The notes: a model not told the origin generated them from the sequence alone. Shown: positions 18,781 to 32,576, numbered from the stretch's first letter. The stretch is 64,000 nt of DNA from Trueperaceae bacterium (GCA_965213705.1 OZ243913.1:256001-320000), one strand, 5' to 3'. A program made the numbers and translations.

Positions 18781-20370
18781 ATGACCGACCAGGCTATGAC
18801 CGACCAAACCATGACCGACCTTGTCAATTCGGAACGTGACGCGCGCGCAACGCGGCCGAGGACCGCACTTTTTTGGCTGCGCGCGTTTACCTGCTTGCTG
18901 TTCGGCTCGCTGTTGAGCGCCGCTTTTCCCCCTGTCGGCGTGTGGGCGACCGTGTTCGGCCTGGCGGTGCTGTTCGCACTGGTGGCGCGGAGCGGCAGCT
19001 TTAGGGAGGCTTTTTCGCTCGGGTTCTGGTTCGGGGTGGGCTTTTTCGCCACTCACCTGTTCTGGTTGCCCAACAGCCTCTCCACCCCCGACTTGTTCGG
19101 ACCCGTCGCCTGGATAATGTACCCGCCCATCGTGCTCATCGAGGGGGTTTTTTGGGGCGTCGTCACGGGGGCCAGCCGCCTCGTCGGGCGGCGCGGCGCA
19201 GGCACGCTCCTGTTGCTTCCGGCTTTGTGGCTGCTCATGGAGTGGGCCAGGACGCAAGGCCCATTCGCTTTTCCGTGGGGCAGTTTGGGCTATGTTTGGC
19301 TGGGCACGCCGCTGGCCCAATTTGCAGACGTTTCGGGCAGTTACGGGCTCAGTTTGACGACCCTGGTGGTGATGGCGCTTTTGGCCGTTCCTTTTTCAAA
19401 AAGGGGCAGCACGGTTTTTACGTTCCTCGCCTCCGTTTTGGCGGCGGCGCTCGTCGTGGTGGCTGTGCTGAGTTACGGGCTCGAGCGTTTGGCCGACACC
19501 CCGCCCGCGCCGGACAAGCGAGCGCTGCTGGTGCAGGGCAACACCAACCCGCTGTCGGGTGCTCAAGGAGAGGTCTCCGGCCTGGACGTCTACGCGCCCC
19601 TCACGTCGAGCGCGCTGCAGAACTTAGAGACCCGACCCGACCTCGTCGTCTGGCCCGAGGGTGCGGTGCTCGGCGCGAACGTCGAGGGCATGAGCGGTGA
19701 GGAAACCCGATTGCGGATTCGGGACAGCGCCGCCGACGCCGCGGTGATTGCCGGGGCGGGCGTTGGTCCCTACAACAGCGTGTACGGTTTCGACAACGGG
19801 GTAGTAACCGGCCGCTACGACAAGGTCTACTTGGTTCCCTTTGGCGAAGGCATTCCGTTCAACGAAGCTCTGTTGCCCGTTTACAGGGTCGTTTACGGCT
19901 GGTTCAATCTCGCGCCCGTCGGGCGCTTGCCCGGCGACACCTTCGACCCCGTTGTTACGAACGTCGTGACGGCGGCAGCGTACATCTGCTACGAGTCCGT
20001 GTTTCCGCAGGTCGCGCGGCGCATGGTCGCGCAGGGCGCGGACGTGTTGGTCAACATCTCCAACGACGCCTGGTTCGGGCGCGGCCACGGGGCCGAACAG
20101 CACTTTGCGATGGGCACGATGCGCGCCATCGAAACCCGGCGCTACCTGCTCCGCGTCGGCAACGACGGCGTGACCGCGGTGGTGGACCCGCAAGGGCGCA
20201 CCCTGCAGCGCTTGGAGCGCTTTGTACCCGCCGCCCTCTTGGCCGACTACGCGACGAGCGACGTGGTGACCTTGTACGTGCGTTACGGCGACTGGCTCGT
20301 CATTGTGGTCGCCCTGTACGCGCTCGTGTTCACAGCCGTGCAACTCGCGCGGCGCAGACGCGCAGCCTAA
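18781..20370 (+). CDS. lnt: Apolipoprotein N-acyltransferase
   Basis: FPW, WPEG, YDKVYLVPFGE, ICYES, ISNDAWFG. Confidence 0.95.
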   Translation: MTDQAMTDQTMTDLVNSERDARATRPRTALFWLRAFTCLLFGSLLSAAFPPVGVWATVFGLAVLFALVARSGSFREAFSLGFWFGVGFFATHLFWLPNSLSTPDLFGPVAWIMYPPIVLIEGVFWGVVTGASRLVGRRGAGTLLLLPALWLLMEWARTQGPFAFPWGSLGYVWLGTPLAQFADVSGSYGLSLTTLVVMALLAVPFSKRGSTVFTFLASVLAAALVVVAVLSYGLERLADTPPAPDKRALLVQGNTNPLSGAQGEVSGLDVYAPLTSSALQNLETRPDLVVWPEGAVLGANVEGMSGEETRLRIRDSAADAAVIAGAGVGPYNSVYGFDNGVVTGRYDKVYLVPFGEGIPFNEALLPVYRVVYGWFNLAPVGRLPGDTFDPVVTNVVTAAAYICYESVFPQVARRMVAQGADVLVNISNDAWFGRGHGAEQHFAMGTMRAIETRRYLLRVGNDGVTAVVDPQGRTLQRLERFVPAALLADYATSDVVTLYVRYGDWLVIVVALYALVFTAVQLARRRRAA

Positions 20371-20392
20371 ACATACAGCCTAGACGTACCGT

Positions 20393-21420
20393 CTATCCCG
20401 AGACTTCTCGCTCATAATCCGGTTCGGGATACGCTTCGTCCCACAGCTCGAGAAAGTGTCGGCTCGCGAAGTCGGTAAAGCCCTTACCCATAGCGGGTGT
20501 CGGCGTAAATTCTCCGAAAACGCTGCCTTTGTCGGTCGCGTAAAAGTCCACGCGGACGTAAATTCCGTAGGCTTTGCTCAAGCGCTTGGCGTCCGCGACG
20601 ATGTCGGGCAGGCAGCGCGGCGGTTCAGAGAGGTCGTCGGGGGGTCCTGCGCGGTGGGTACGTTGATAGGCTCGCTGAGCGGCTCCCAGGTTTCCGTGTA
20701 GCTGCGCTTTTTGGTGGTGTGACGGCTGAGCCGTCGCATGGCCCCGACACTGCCGACCTTACCGCCGAACATTTGCAGCTTGTAGTCGGTCGGTAGCCGG
20801 TACCGGCCGTCCTCGCTTCTGACAAACTCCTCGACCAGGATACTAATTCCGGGGTCTTGGGCGATGATTTTGGCTAGTTGCTTTTTCAGTTCCTGTTCGC
20901 GGTAAACGCGCCCGTTCATCAAGTTTACCCCCTCCGCCATCACAAAAACGTCCTTGCTCGAGTGGCCGAGGGTCGGGCGCAGCACGTAATGGGGCGGCAG
21001 CGAGGCGAAGTCGAGGGTGCTTAGGTCCCGGCCGTGCCAATAGAGGTCCGGCACCCGACAGCCAAACTTGCTCGCGAACTCGCGCGCGTTCTACTTGTTG
21101 CTGAGCTTGCGCTGCCACAGTGGGCAGCAGTGCCAGGCGGAAAGCGGGTGGTCTCGGGTCAACAGCTCGTTGCGACACGTCTCGGCGTCGTGCATGTCGG
21201 GATGACGGTCTTGCCAGAAGACGCGGTGCCTTTCTTGAACGCGCTTTCCGAAAGGTGTCAGTTCGACCGGCGCTTCAGGTTTTTTCGGCAGGAGTCGCTT
21301 GACGGCTTTCAACACGTCTTTCAGACTACCGCCGCGGCCAAAAGGCCCGCAAGGCGCAAAGTCACGCCCAGTCACGCCGGTTCCGGTTGCGTCGGGTTTC
21401 AGCGCTCCTGGCGGACCCAC
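20393..21420 (-). pseudogene. TupA-like ATP-grasp amidoligase, broken by a nonsense codon and a frameshift
   Basis: LSNK*NAREFASKFG (TAG 21091-21093), ILVEEF, PTDYK, then frameshift near G6 at 20639-20644 to YVRVDFY...FGEFTPTP. Confidence 0.75.
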
Positions 21421-21595
21421 CGGGCGCTCGGGTTATGCTTAGGCCGTCGGCTGAACGCCGGCGGACGTCACAGCGACCCGTCTTCATACAGATGGGCGCT
21501 TCCCAACCGAGTAAAAGTCACGATGGCGGCGCTCGAACGAACGAGAAGATTGTCTTGACACCCTTCTCAAACACAACACTTTCGAAGGGCACGCC

Positions 21596-22332
21596 ATGAA
21601 GCTATCCATCGAACTCGTTCCGCGAAACCTTGCCAAGCTCGAGCAAGAACTGCAAGCCGTCAACGACCATTTTCCCCACATCGACACCGTCAACATCCCC
21701 GATTTACTGAAGTTCGAGACCCGCAGTTGGCACGCCTGCGCCTGCGCCAAGCGCTTTATGGCGCGCGCCATTCCCCACCTGCGCGCCATCGACATCGATT
21801 TAGCCAAACCCCTCGCCATCGCGCTGTTTTTGCGAGCGAACGGTCTGAGTGAGGTTTTGGTCGTCGCGGGCGACGCCCCGGCGGACATGTCGCGCACGGT
21901 TTACGACACGAGCAGCGTACAGGTCATCCGCAAACTGCGCCGTGAATTGCCCGAAGTCACGGTCTACGCCGCGCTCGACCCGTACCGGCAAAGTTTCGCC
22001 GCCGAGCTAGCCTACGCCGAACAAAAGCTCGAGGCCGGTGCTGCAGGCTTTTTCACCCAACCTTTTTTCGACCTGCGGCTGCTGGAAATGTACGCCGAGT
22101 TTTTCCGCGGCGTGCCCGTGTACTGGGGCGTCACCACGGTGACGAGCGAGAGTTCGCTGAGCTACTGGCGCAACCGCAACAAGGCGGTGTTTCCCGAGAG
22201 TTTCGAACCCAACCTGGGCTGGTGCCGAGGCTTTGCCAAAGACGCACTCTGCTTCGCCGAGAAACGCGATTTGAGCTTGTACTTCATGCCGATTCGTGCT
22301 TCGGCGGTAAGCTTTTTGAAGGGCGTTTTAGT

Positions 22333-22336
<4 letters not shown>
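21596..22336 (+). CDS. metF: Methylenetetrahydrofolate reductase
   Basis: [28 protein letters not shown]; coupled to metH. Confidence 0.85.
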
Positions 22337-26046
<3,710 letters not shown>

Positions 26047-26062
26047 ACCTCTATACTGAGGT

Positions 26063-26701
26063 ATGGCTGGCCCTACACTAAACCGAACGACGGGAGACAG
26101 CTCGAGGCTCAAATCTGTCTCGACGGCAGAAGCCTTGCTGTCTTCGCTCCAAGCCGAGGCCAAACCCTTCCGCACCACAGTGGACGCCTATTACAAAATG
26201 GCCGAGACAGGTTTACTGGACACTGAAAAACGGTACGAACTGATTCACGGCGTCGTTTTGGAGATGCACCCCATCAGCCCTCAACACGGCCACAGGGTGA
26301 AGCGCTTGGGCGACCAGTTGAACGCTTGCCTCGAGGGCAAGGCCGAAGTCTTCACCCAGCACCCTATCCACATCGGCAACGACAGCGAGCCCGAGCCCGA
26401 TGTTTTAGTTCTGAAACCACCCCTCGATCAGTACGCGAAACGTCTCCCCCGCCCCGAGGACATCCTGCTCATCATCGAAGTCGCCAACACGACCTTGCAA
26501 ACCGACCGCACGCTTAAACTCCGGCTTTACGCGGGCGCGGGCATCCCCGAATACTGGCTGCTGAACTTGCAAAAAAACCAGCTCGAGCTGTACCGCCGCC
26601 CCGACCCGGACGAGGCGCGCTATTTGGAGCTGCACACCCTGAGCGAAGGCGAGGCGGCGACGTTTGGGGATGCGGCGTGCGGGCTCGAGTGGTGGAGGTA
26701 A
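26063..26701 (+). CDS. Uma2-family (DUF820) endonuclease-like protein
   Basis: YELIHG, SEPEPDV, LIIEVA, KLRLYAGAGIPEYWL. Confidence 0.9.
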   Translation: MAGPTLNRTTGDSSRLKSVSTAEALLSSLQAEAKPFRTTVDAYYKMAETGLLDTEKRYELIHGVVLEMHPISPQHGHRVKRLGDQLNACLEGKAEVFTQHPIHIGNDSEPEPDVLVLKPPLDQYAKRLPRPEDILLIIEVANTTLQTDRTLKLRLYAGAGIPEYWLLNLQKNQLELYRRPDPDEARYLELHTLSEGEAATFGDAACGLEWWR

Positions 26702-26702
26702 T

Positions 26703-28142
26703 CTAAAGTTCTACTGTCGCTTCACCTAAAATCATCGCCTCGACCTCACGCTTAGCCTGCTCTAAACCCTCGCTGGCTTCTTGTTGTAACTGTTTGGCTT
26801 TTTGTCGAACCAAAGCGATATGGTTAGCAATCTCGTCCTGTTTTCCAAGTGGAGGTAAAGGTATTTTGATTTGACCAATATCTCTGGGATAAATGTGCGA
26901 TGTTTGACCTCTCTTTTCTCGATTCAAGAGGTTCTTGTATAACTCTGTGCTGAGTAGTGAAAAAACAAAGAGGGTATTGCATACAGAACTGCTTGGTCTC
27001 ACACAAATAAGCTCACCGACATAAGAGGTAGGTATCTCAGGAGCTTCATCTAGGTATTTTATGAATCGTCCAACATAACTTGACTGGTGGGCGGCAGACA
27101 ATATAAATGTATCCCCCTTTTTGACAGTCAGAGCCTGATTTTCCAGTGTGTAGCTGACTTTTGACAAGTCAATTTCTTGACCAGAATAGGTGCTAACTTT
27201 GACGATGGGGAAATCAGTTTTCTCTTCGGAGTATGACAAGCTGGATGGCGTTTTACCGCTAAGCAAAGCGGCGCAAACATCTTTTAACTTTTTCAAGGGA
27301 TGTTTGCTTTTTGAAATTGCCGTGTTCATATATTCGTATGACTGGCGGAAGTATTCAGGGTCAAACCGCGCTTCAGAAACCTTACTAAGCTGCTGGTAAA
27401 AAATTCTGTTTTGCAGGGTGTTGGCTTGCTCTTCCGGTTTGTCAATGCCCAACTCAGCCAGCAAGTAATTATCTACGCTGTCCAAAAGCTGCTGTGCTTG
27501 TGCTTCTTTTCGCTTCTTGACGGTGTAAGCAGCGTCCATTTTTCTGACAAGTCGGTTTTGGATTTCCAAAGCGGGCATCGGAATCATCAAACGGTCAAAT
27601 TGTTCAGTATTGACGCTTTGAACAGTTGCACCGTGTTTGGTTACCAGGGGCAAAAGTTGTTCTTGAAAAATGTCGAGATAGTGTGCGGCAAAAGCCGGAA
27701 CCATTCTTTTATCAAACATCAAAGCTTTCAAATCTTGGTTTATAGCTGTTGGTGTGGTCGTCACGGTTACAGGCAAAGAGTGTTTTAGAATTCCGCTGCG
27801 CACTACGACCAACACCGAATTTGCAGGGACCAAGGTTGTTGCAGAGTCGAGTACAGCTTGTTCGGTTATTTTGTCCTCTGTGTCATAAAGATAGATGCCG
27901 TTCATATCTTTGGGAGACGCCCAAGGAATTGACCCTGACCAATATTCAGTATTGGCTTTGCTTGGTGTGCCCCCGCTTGACGAAACGCAAAGTTTGCTCA
28001 GCGCCTTGGCAGGAAAAGCAAAGTCGAGGTTTGAGCGAATGCTTGCAAGGTTAAAAACTGGGTCGAGTCTTCCCTGTAGTTCACTCCGGTAAACCAAAAA
28101 AATCTTGTTTCTGTCAATTTCCGGCGAAAGCTCAAAACTCAT
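26703..28142 (-). CDS. Restriction-modification specificity (S) subunit with two TRDs
   Basis: GGTPSK...IPWASPKD, IPMPALEIQ, IPLPPLGKQDEI, RLDP/RFDP motifs; low GC. Confidence 0.9.
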   Translation of the reverse strand: MSFELSPEIDRNKIFLVYRSELQGRLDPVFNLASIRSNLDFAFPAKALSKLCVSSSGGTPSKANTEYWSGSIPWASPKDMNGIYLYDTEDKITEQAVLDSATTLVPANSVLVVVRSGILKHSLPVTVTTTPTAINQDLKALMFDKRMVPAFAAHYLDIFQEQLLPLVTKHGATVQSVNTEQFDRLMIPMPALEIQNRLVRKMDAAYTVKKRKEAQAQQLLDSVDNYLLAELGIDKPEEQANTLQNRIFYQQLSKVSEARFDPEYFRQSYEYMNTAISKSKHPLKKLKDVCAALLSGKTPSSLSYSEEKTDFPIVKVSTYSGQEIDLSKVSYTLENQALTVKKGDTFILSAAHQSSYVGRFIKYLDEAPEIPTSYVGELICVRPSSSVCNTLFVFSLLSTELYKNLLNREKRGQTSHIYPRDIGQIKIPLPPLGKQDEIANHIALVRQKAKQLQQEASEGLEQAKREVEAMILGEATVEL

Positions 28143-30259
28143 GCTTTACCCTGCTCAACCGCCTCGATAAACCGGCTCAACTCTGCACTTATGTTGTCCA
28201 AATCGTTTATTCCCGTGTTCTTGCCCGTAGCGTCGTAGCCTATGTCTTCGGCGATTACCATAAATATCGGGTAGTCCTCGAGCGTCCTTTGTTTTTGCTC
28301 GGTGTAAACTTCTTCCAAGGTCTCTTTCAACTCGTCTACCTTTTCTTTATAAAGCGCGTTGACACTGTTCCGCCAATCTTTGTAAGCTGGCGAGTTCTTC
28401 AGGGCTTTGCCGCTCAACCTGTCTGGATTTTCAAAGCCGCGCAGTTCGGCTAGGTGCTTCTTTTTCTCGGCGTCAATGTCTCTTAACTTTTTCAGGTAGA
28501 CGTACTCTTCTTTGATAGCGTCCTGCAACGCCACTTTTTGCTGTTGGATGCGCTCCGTAGTGGCTTTGGTGTGCTTTTTCAGGAAGAGGACGGAGCTTTT
28601 GACGCCTGCGCCGGTGGCGGAAAAAGCGGTTTGCGGCATACTGACCACGGCGATGATTCGGTAGCTCTCTTCTATGCCGTCACGCACGTATTGCAGGCTC
28701 GAGTTGGTCAGTATGCCGTCCGGCACGACCATTGCCAAGTAGCCGCCTTCTTTTAAGAAGTTGTGGCACTGCTCGATAAAGAGAATTTCGGTGTTCTGGT
28801 TGTCACGCTCGCTTTGTTTGCTTTTGGGGTTGAGCCAGCCGACATCTTTCTGCGCGAAACCGTAGTTTTTCATGTAGGCTTGCTCAGTCTGCTTCACGAC
28901 GGAGCCAAAAGGTGGATTGGTAATAACAAAATCGAACGTGCCGTACTTGAAGCCGTGATTGTTGGTTTTGTTGATGATGTCTTCGCTTGGTACAAGCCCG
29001 TCGGACGCGATGACGTTTGTGTGGCCGTCGTCGTGAATAATCATGTTCATCTTGGCGACGCGGGCAATCTGTTCGTTTATTTCAATGCCGAAAAGATTCT
29101 TTTCGGCAAAGTCGTGCCAGTATTTATAGTGCTCTATGGTGCCCTCGTTGTAATAGTTGTTGGCTTGATGCCTGATTTTGTCGAGTGCGTGGAGCAGAAA
29201 GCCGCCACTGCCGCAGGAGGTGTCCAATACTTTCGATTCATTGGTGATAGGTAAAACATCGACGATAAATTTAACAATAGGACGAGGTGTAAAGTATTGC
29301 CCGAAGTCACCCCTGAAAAACGAACCCATGAAGGTCTCGAAGGCGCGGCCCTTGCTGTCCAAGTCGGTCTTGCCTAAGTCAACGCCCTCTAAATAACCGA
29401 CGACGGTACGAAGCTTTTCCGCGCTCAAACGTATGTCTTCTTTAAAAACTTCGGGGTCTTTAGTGCGGCCCTCCTCATAAAGAGCTTTGACACGTTTGAG
29501 AAGTTCTTGGTTGGTTTTCTCTTCGCTGTCTTCCTGAAAAATCTGAAAGTCGTAAGCTGCCCCCGGTTTACGCGGTTTTCGCTCGTCCCAAATTTTACAG
29601 AAGATAAGTTTGTCCAGTTCGTCAAAGGCGGATGACGGGTTGAGTTCACCGCCGCCCCAGAGCGCTTGGTGAGCTTGCTTAAAGCGCCGAGTCAACTCTT
29701 CCTGTTCTACCGTTTCCAGCGCAAACAGCTTTTGCCCGTCGGGGCTGGTGCCGCCGTTCTTCGCATACTTGTATTTAGCAATGTTGGCAACACCGTACTG
29801 AGGTATATCTGGGATGGTAATGCGGCCTTTGGGCTTCTCTTTGGGGACTTCGTAGTATTCATCTTTGATACCCGAAGTCGTCCAAACATACTTCGCGCCT
29901 TCGGCAACGGCGTAGCTGAAAGCTTGTTCGGTCGCCTGCTTGAACTCGAGTTCTGATACTTCTTCTTTCTTACATTCCGCAATAATGTAAGGTGACAAGC
30001 GTTCGTCATCGTTGTAGACGATAATGTCCGCTTCACGTTTGCTCGCGCCCATCGTCACGTTCACGAATTGGCGTATGCGTTCGGGAGAGTAGCCGTAGGT
30101 CAGGATGAGTTTCAAAAAGGTTTCAGCTTGAACCTCTTCTTCCGGGTTTTTGAAGTTTCTACGTTTGTTTTCGTTGTGGTAAGTGATGTACTTCTGGTCG
30201 TTGTCCTGCGTGACAACCGAAATAAATCCTTTGTTGATGCCTTCAGCTAGTAAACTCAT
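28139..30259 (-). CDS. Fused HsdR_N-type nuclease + N6-adenine methyltransferase
   Basis: PEE, READIIVY...IIAECKK (PD-D/ExK); GQYFTPR, LDTSCGSGGF, NPPFG. Confidence 0.9.
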   Translation of the reverse strand: MSLLAEGINKGFISVVTQDNDQKYITYHNENKRRNFKNPEEEVQAETFLKLILTYGYSPERIRQFVNVTMGASKREADIIVYNDDERLSPYIIAECKKEEVSELEFKQATEQAFSYAVAEGAKYVWTTSGIKDEYYEVPKEKPKGRITIPDIPQYGVANIAKYKYAKNGGTSPDGQKLFALETVEQEELTRRFKQAHQALWGGGELNPSSAFDELDKLIFCKIWDERKPRKPGAAYDFQIFQEDSEEKTNQELLKRVKALYEEGRTKDPEVFKEDIRLSAEKLRTVVGYLEGVDLGKTDLDSKGRAFETFMGSFFRGDFGQYFTPRPIVKFIVDVLPITNESKVLDTSCGSGGFLLHALDKIRHQANNYYNEGTIEHYKYWHDFAEKNLFGIEINEQIARVAKMNMIIHDDGHTNVIASDGLVPSEDIINKTNNHGFKYGTFDFVITNPPFGSVVKQTEQAYMKNYGFAQKDVGWLNPKSKQSERDNQNTEILFIEQCHNFLKEGGYLAMVVPDGILTNSSLQYVRDGIEESYRIIAVVSMPQTAFSATGAGVKSSVLFLKKHTKATTERIQQQKVALQDAIKEEYVYLKKLRDIDAEKKKHLAELRGFENPDRLSGKALKNSPAYKDWRNSVNALYKEKVDELKETLEEVYTEQKQRTLEDYPIFMVIAEDIGYDATGKNTGINDLDNISAELSRFIEAVEQGKA

Positions 30260-30319
30260 TGCCCTCGAGTTTAACCCTTTGTTCGTTGGGATTCAAAACT
30301 CGTTTTGTTGGTTTTTAGC

Positions 30320-30574
30320 TTAATGTAAGCTCGAGCCTGTTTCGGGATGACGAGTGTTACTGCCTCGAGTGAGCGCCATAATCTCGTCCGTGCTCAGCTT
30401 GACGGTAGCAACGCCGCGCAACCGTTCGAAAGGACTGTCTTCGTTACTTTCTTTTTTGACCAACAAAACTTTGTTCTCCTCGACCACAAAATCGACTTCG
30501 CTGTAGGGAGTAAGCCCCAGTTTTTCGCGAATCGCTTGCGGAATGGTCACTTGCCCTTTGCTGGTGACACGCAC
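30320..30574 (-). CDS. AbrB/MazE-type antitoxin, no toxin downstream
   Basis: RVTSKGQVTIPQAIREKLGL...STDEIMALTRG. Confidence 0.85.
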   Translation of the reverse strand: MRVTSKGQVTIPQAIREKLGLTPYSEVDFVVEENKVLLVKKESNEDSPFERLRGVATVKLSTDEIMALTRGSNTRHPETGSSLH

Positions 30575-30645
30575 TTGAAAACTCCTTAATCATACCTGGT
30601 AAGAGTATTACTTTAGCATCCTCTCGCTCATCTTTGAATCCAAAA

Positions 30646-31455
30646 TTACCCCTCGCCCCGTTGCTGCAACGCTTCGCGCAACCCGGCCAGCTCGAGCCGC
30701 AGCGCTCTAATATCTTCACTCCCAGCTACTTCCGCCTCGCCGTTCGCCGCGTCGCGGCCGATAAAGAAGCTCGCCAGCGTCGCGGTCAGGTAGCCGAACA
30801 CGGCGAAACCGTAAACCGCCAGCAGCAGGCACAAGATGCGCCCCTCGGCCGTTCGCGGCCAGTATTCCGAGCCGAGCGAGGTGAGCAGCATGGCCGTCCA
30901 CCACAACGCTTCGCCGTAGTTGGCAAAGCCTGCGTCGTCCGGTAAACCGCTTTCGAACGCATACATGCCGGCACCCCCGGCCAAAATCACGAGGATGGTG
31001 AGCGCCAGCACGTAGCCGAAACCGCGGCGGCTCATGGTCGCGGCGAGTGCGTTCATGCCGCGGTTGATAGAGGCGACCACCCGCACGAGTCGCAAGCCCC
31101 GCGTCGCCCTGGACAAGCGCAACAGGCGCACCACCCGGAACGCGCGGAAAACCCGCAGCGCCGGAATCAGGAGCGACACGGCCGTGAGCAAGTTGCGGCG
31201 CAGGTAGCGGCCCTTGCGCGGCGCGAGCGCAAAACGCACGATGAAGTCCACGATGAAAATCGCCCAGATGGCGAGCCCCAGCGTCTCGAACAGCGGGCTC
31301 GAGCCCCAGATGAACTCTACCAACAGCAACGCCAACCACACAAAGCCGAGTACGATGAGCGGCGTGTCGAGCCATTCGTCGAGCTGCTGCAAGACCTCTA
31401 AGCGTTCGTTCTCGTGCTCGGGCGTGTTCGCCGCGCCGGAAGGTTGTCCGTCCAT
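30646..31455 (-). CDS. Six-TM ion channel (K+ channel family) with a non-canonical filter
   Basis: S4 LRVFRAFRVVRLLR; pore EALWWTAMLLTSLGSEYWPRT. Confidence 0.85.
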   Translation of the reverse strand: MDGQPSGAANTPEHENERLEVLQQLDEWLDTPLIVLGFVWLALLLVEFIWGSSPLFETLGLAIWAIFIVDFIVRFALAPRKGRYLRRNLLTAVSLLIPALRVFRAFRVVRLLRLSRATRGLRLVRVVASINRGMNALAATMSRRGFGYVLALTILVILAGGAGMYAFESGLPDDAGFANYGEALWWTAMLLTSLGSEYWPRTAEGRILCLLLAVYGFAVFGYLTATLASFFIGRDAANGEAEVAGSEDIRALRLELAGLREALQQRGEG

Positions 31456-31600
31456 GATTCTCTCCCGGAACAGTTTAACCGGCTCGGGCACACTTCTCGA
31501 GCAGAGGAGCAGAGGAGAAAAAGCTTTTGACTTTACTTTCCCCTTTCTCCTCTTCCCTTTTCCCTCTTCACTTTCTACTTTCCACTCGGTCCTCGGTACT

Positions 31601-32566
31601 TTAGATCTCCGTCACCTGCGTCCCGCCCGTCTCAAACTTCAGCATCATCTCCCGCAACTCGGGCAGCGCCCTGCGCACGGCGTCTTGTTGGCCGTCGGGG
31701 CAGCAGACCATCACAAAGGCGCTGATTTTGCCGCCGGGAAGCTGCGCGTAAGCGCCCGTGGCGCGCACGCGAGCGACCACGTCCAGCACGTAGTCGTCCA
31801 CGAAGTGACCGGGCAACCGTTGTTTGAGACTTTGCATCTCGCCGACGAGTGCGGCGACGCGGGCCAGTTCGCTAGCCTCGAGCGCGCCTTCTAGGTCGTA
31901 GCCGCTGCGGCGGATGGCGTGGAGCGTTTCGACGGCCTCGCCCATGTGGCTGTTCAGGAGTGCCAGCGAGGGCTTGCTTTTGTGGTGGCGGCCGCCGTAA
32001 AAAAAGAGCAGCGAGTCTTGAAAAGCTTGTAAGGTCGCGGGCGGCACGGACACGTCCTTGGGAATGATGTTGCGGCCGTGGTACTCGATGCGCTTCAAAC
32101 CGCCCAACGCGCAAATCGCCGGGTCGTGGTAACCGCTCGCGCCCTCCAAAATATCGACCTCGACGCGGCAAGCCTCCTCGATGAGCTGTTCTTTCGTCAC
32201 CACCTCGCCCTTGTAGGCGTGCAGCGCGTGAAGCAGCCCGACCGTCACCGCGCCCGACGAACCCAAACCGCTCTCGCCCGCCAAGTCGGCCATGATGACC
32301 AGGTCCAGGGGTTCGTCCTGCAAGCCGGTCAGCTTGACGGTCTCGCGGATGAGGTCGTGTTTGATGTGCTCGACCTCGTTCACCTTTTCTTGCACGTCCT
32401 GGTACTTGAGCCGGAAGTAGCCACCCAAGTTCTCTTTCAGCGCGATATAGACGTACTTGTCGACGGTGGTGCTCACCGTGACGCCACCGTACTTGTCGGC
32501 GTAGCTTTTGAGGTCGGTGAGGCCGCCCGCGAAGGGGAGTTTGAGGGGCGTTTTGGAGAGAATCAT
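31601..32566 (-). CDS. GHMP-family sugar kinase (HddA/glucuronokinase-like)
   Basis: TPLKLPFAGGLTD, SGLGSSGA. Confidence 0.85.
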   Translation of the reverse strand: MILSKTPLKLPFAGGLTDLKSYADKYGGVTVSTTVDKYVYIALKENLGGYFRLKYQDVQEKVNEVEHIKHDLIRETVKLTGLQDEPLDLVIMADLAGESGLGSSGAVTVGLLHALHAYKGEVVTKEQLIEEACRVEVDILEGASGYHDPAICALGGLKRIEYHGRNIIPKDVSVPPATLQAFQDSLLFFYGGRHHKSKPSLALLNSHMGEAVETLHAIRRSGYDLEGALEASELARVAALVGEMQSLKQRLPGHFVDDYVLDVVARVRATGAYAQLPGGKISAFVMVCCPDGQQDAVRRALPELREMMLKFETGGTQVTEI

Positions 32567-32576
32567 GTGGGCTTCA

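Noticed and set aside
21434..21596. Canonical SAM-I or cobalamin riboswitch
   Set aside because: No ATC..GAG/GCAACC core or B12 box; kept only as an unclassified candidate
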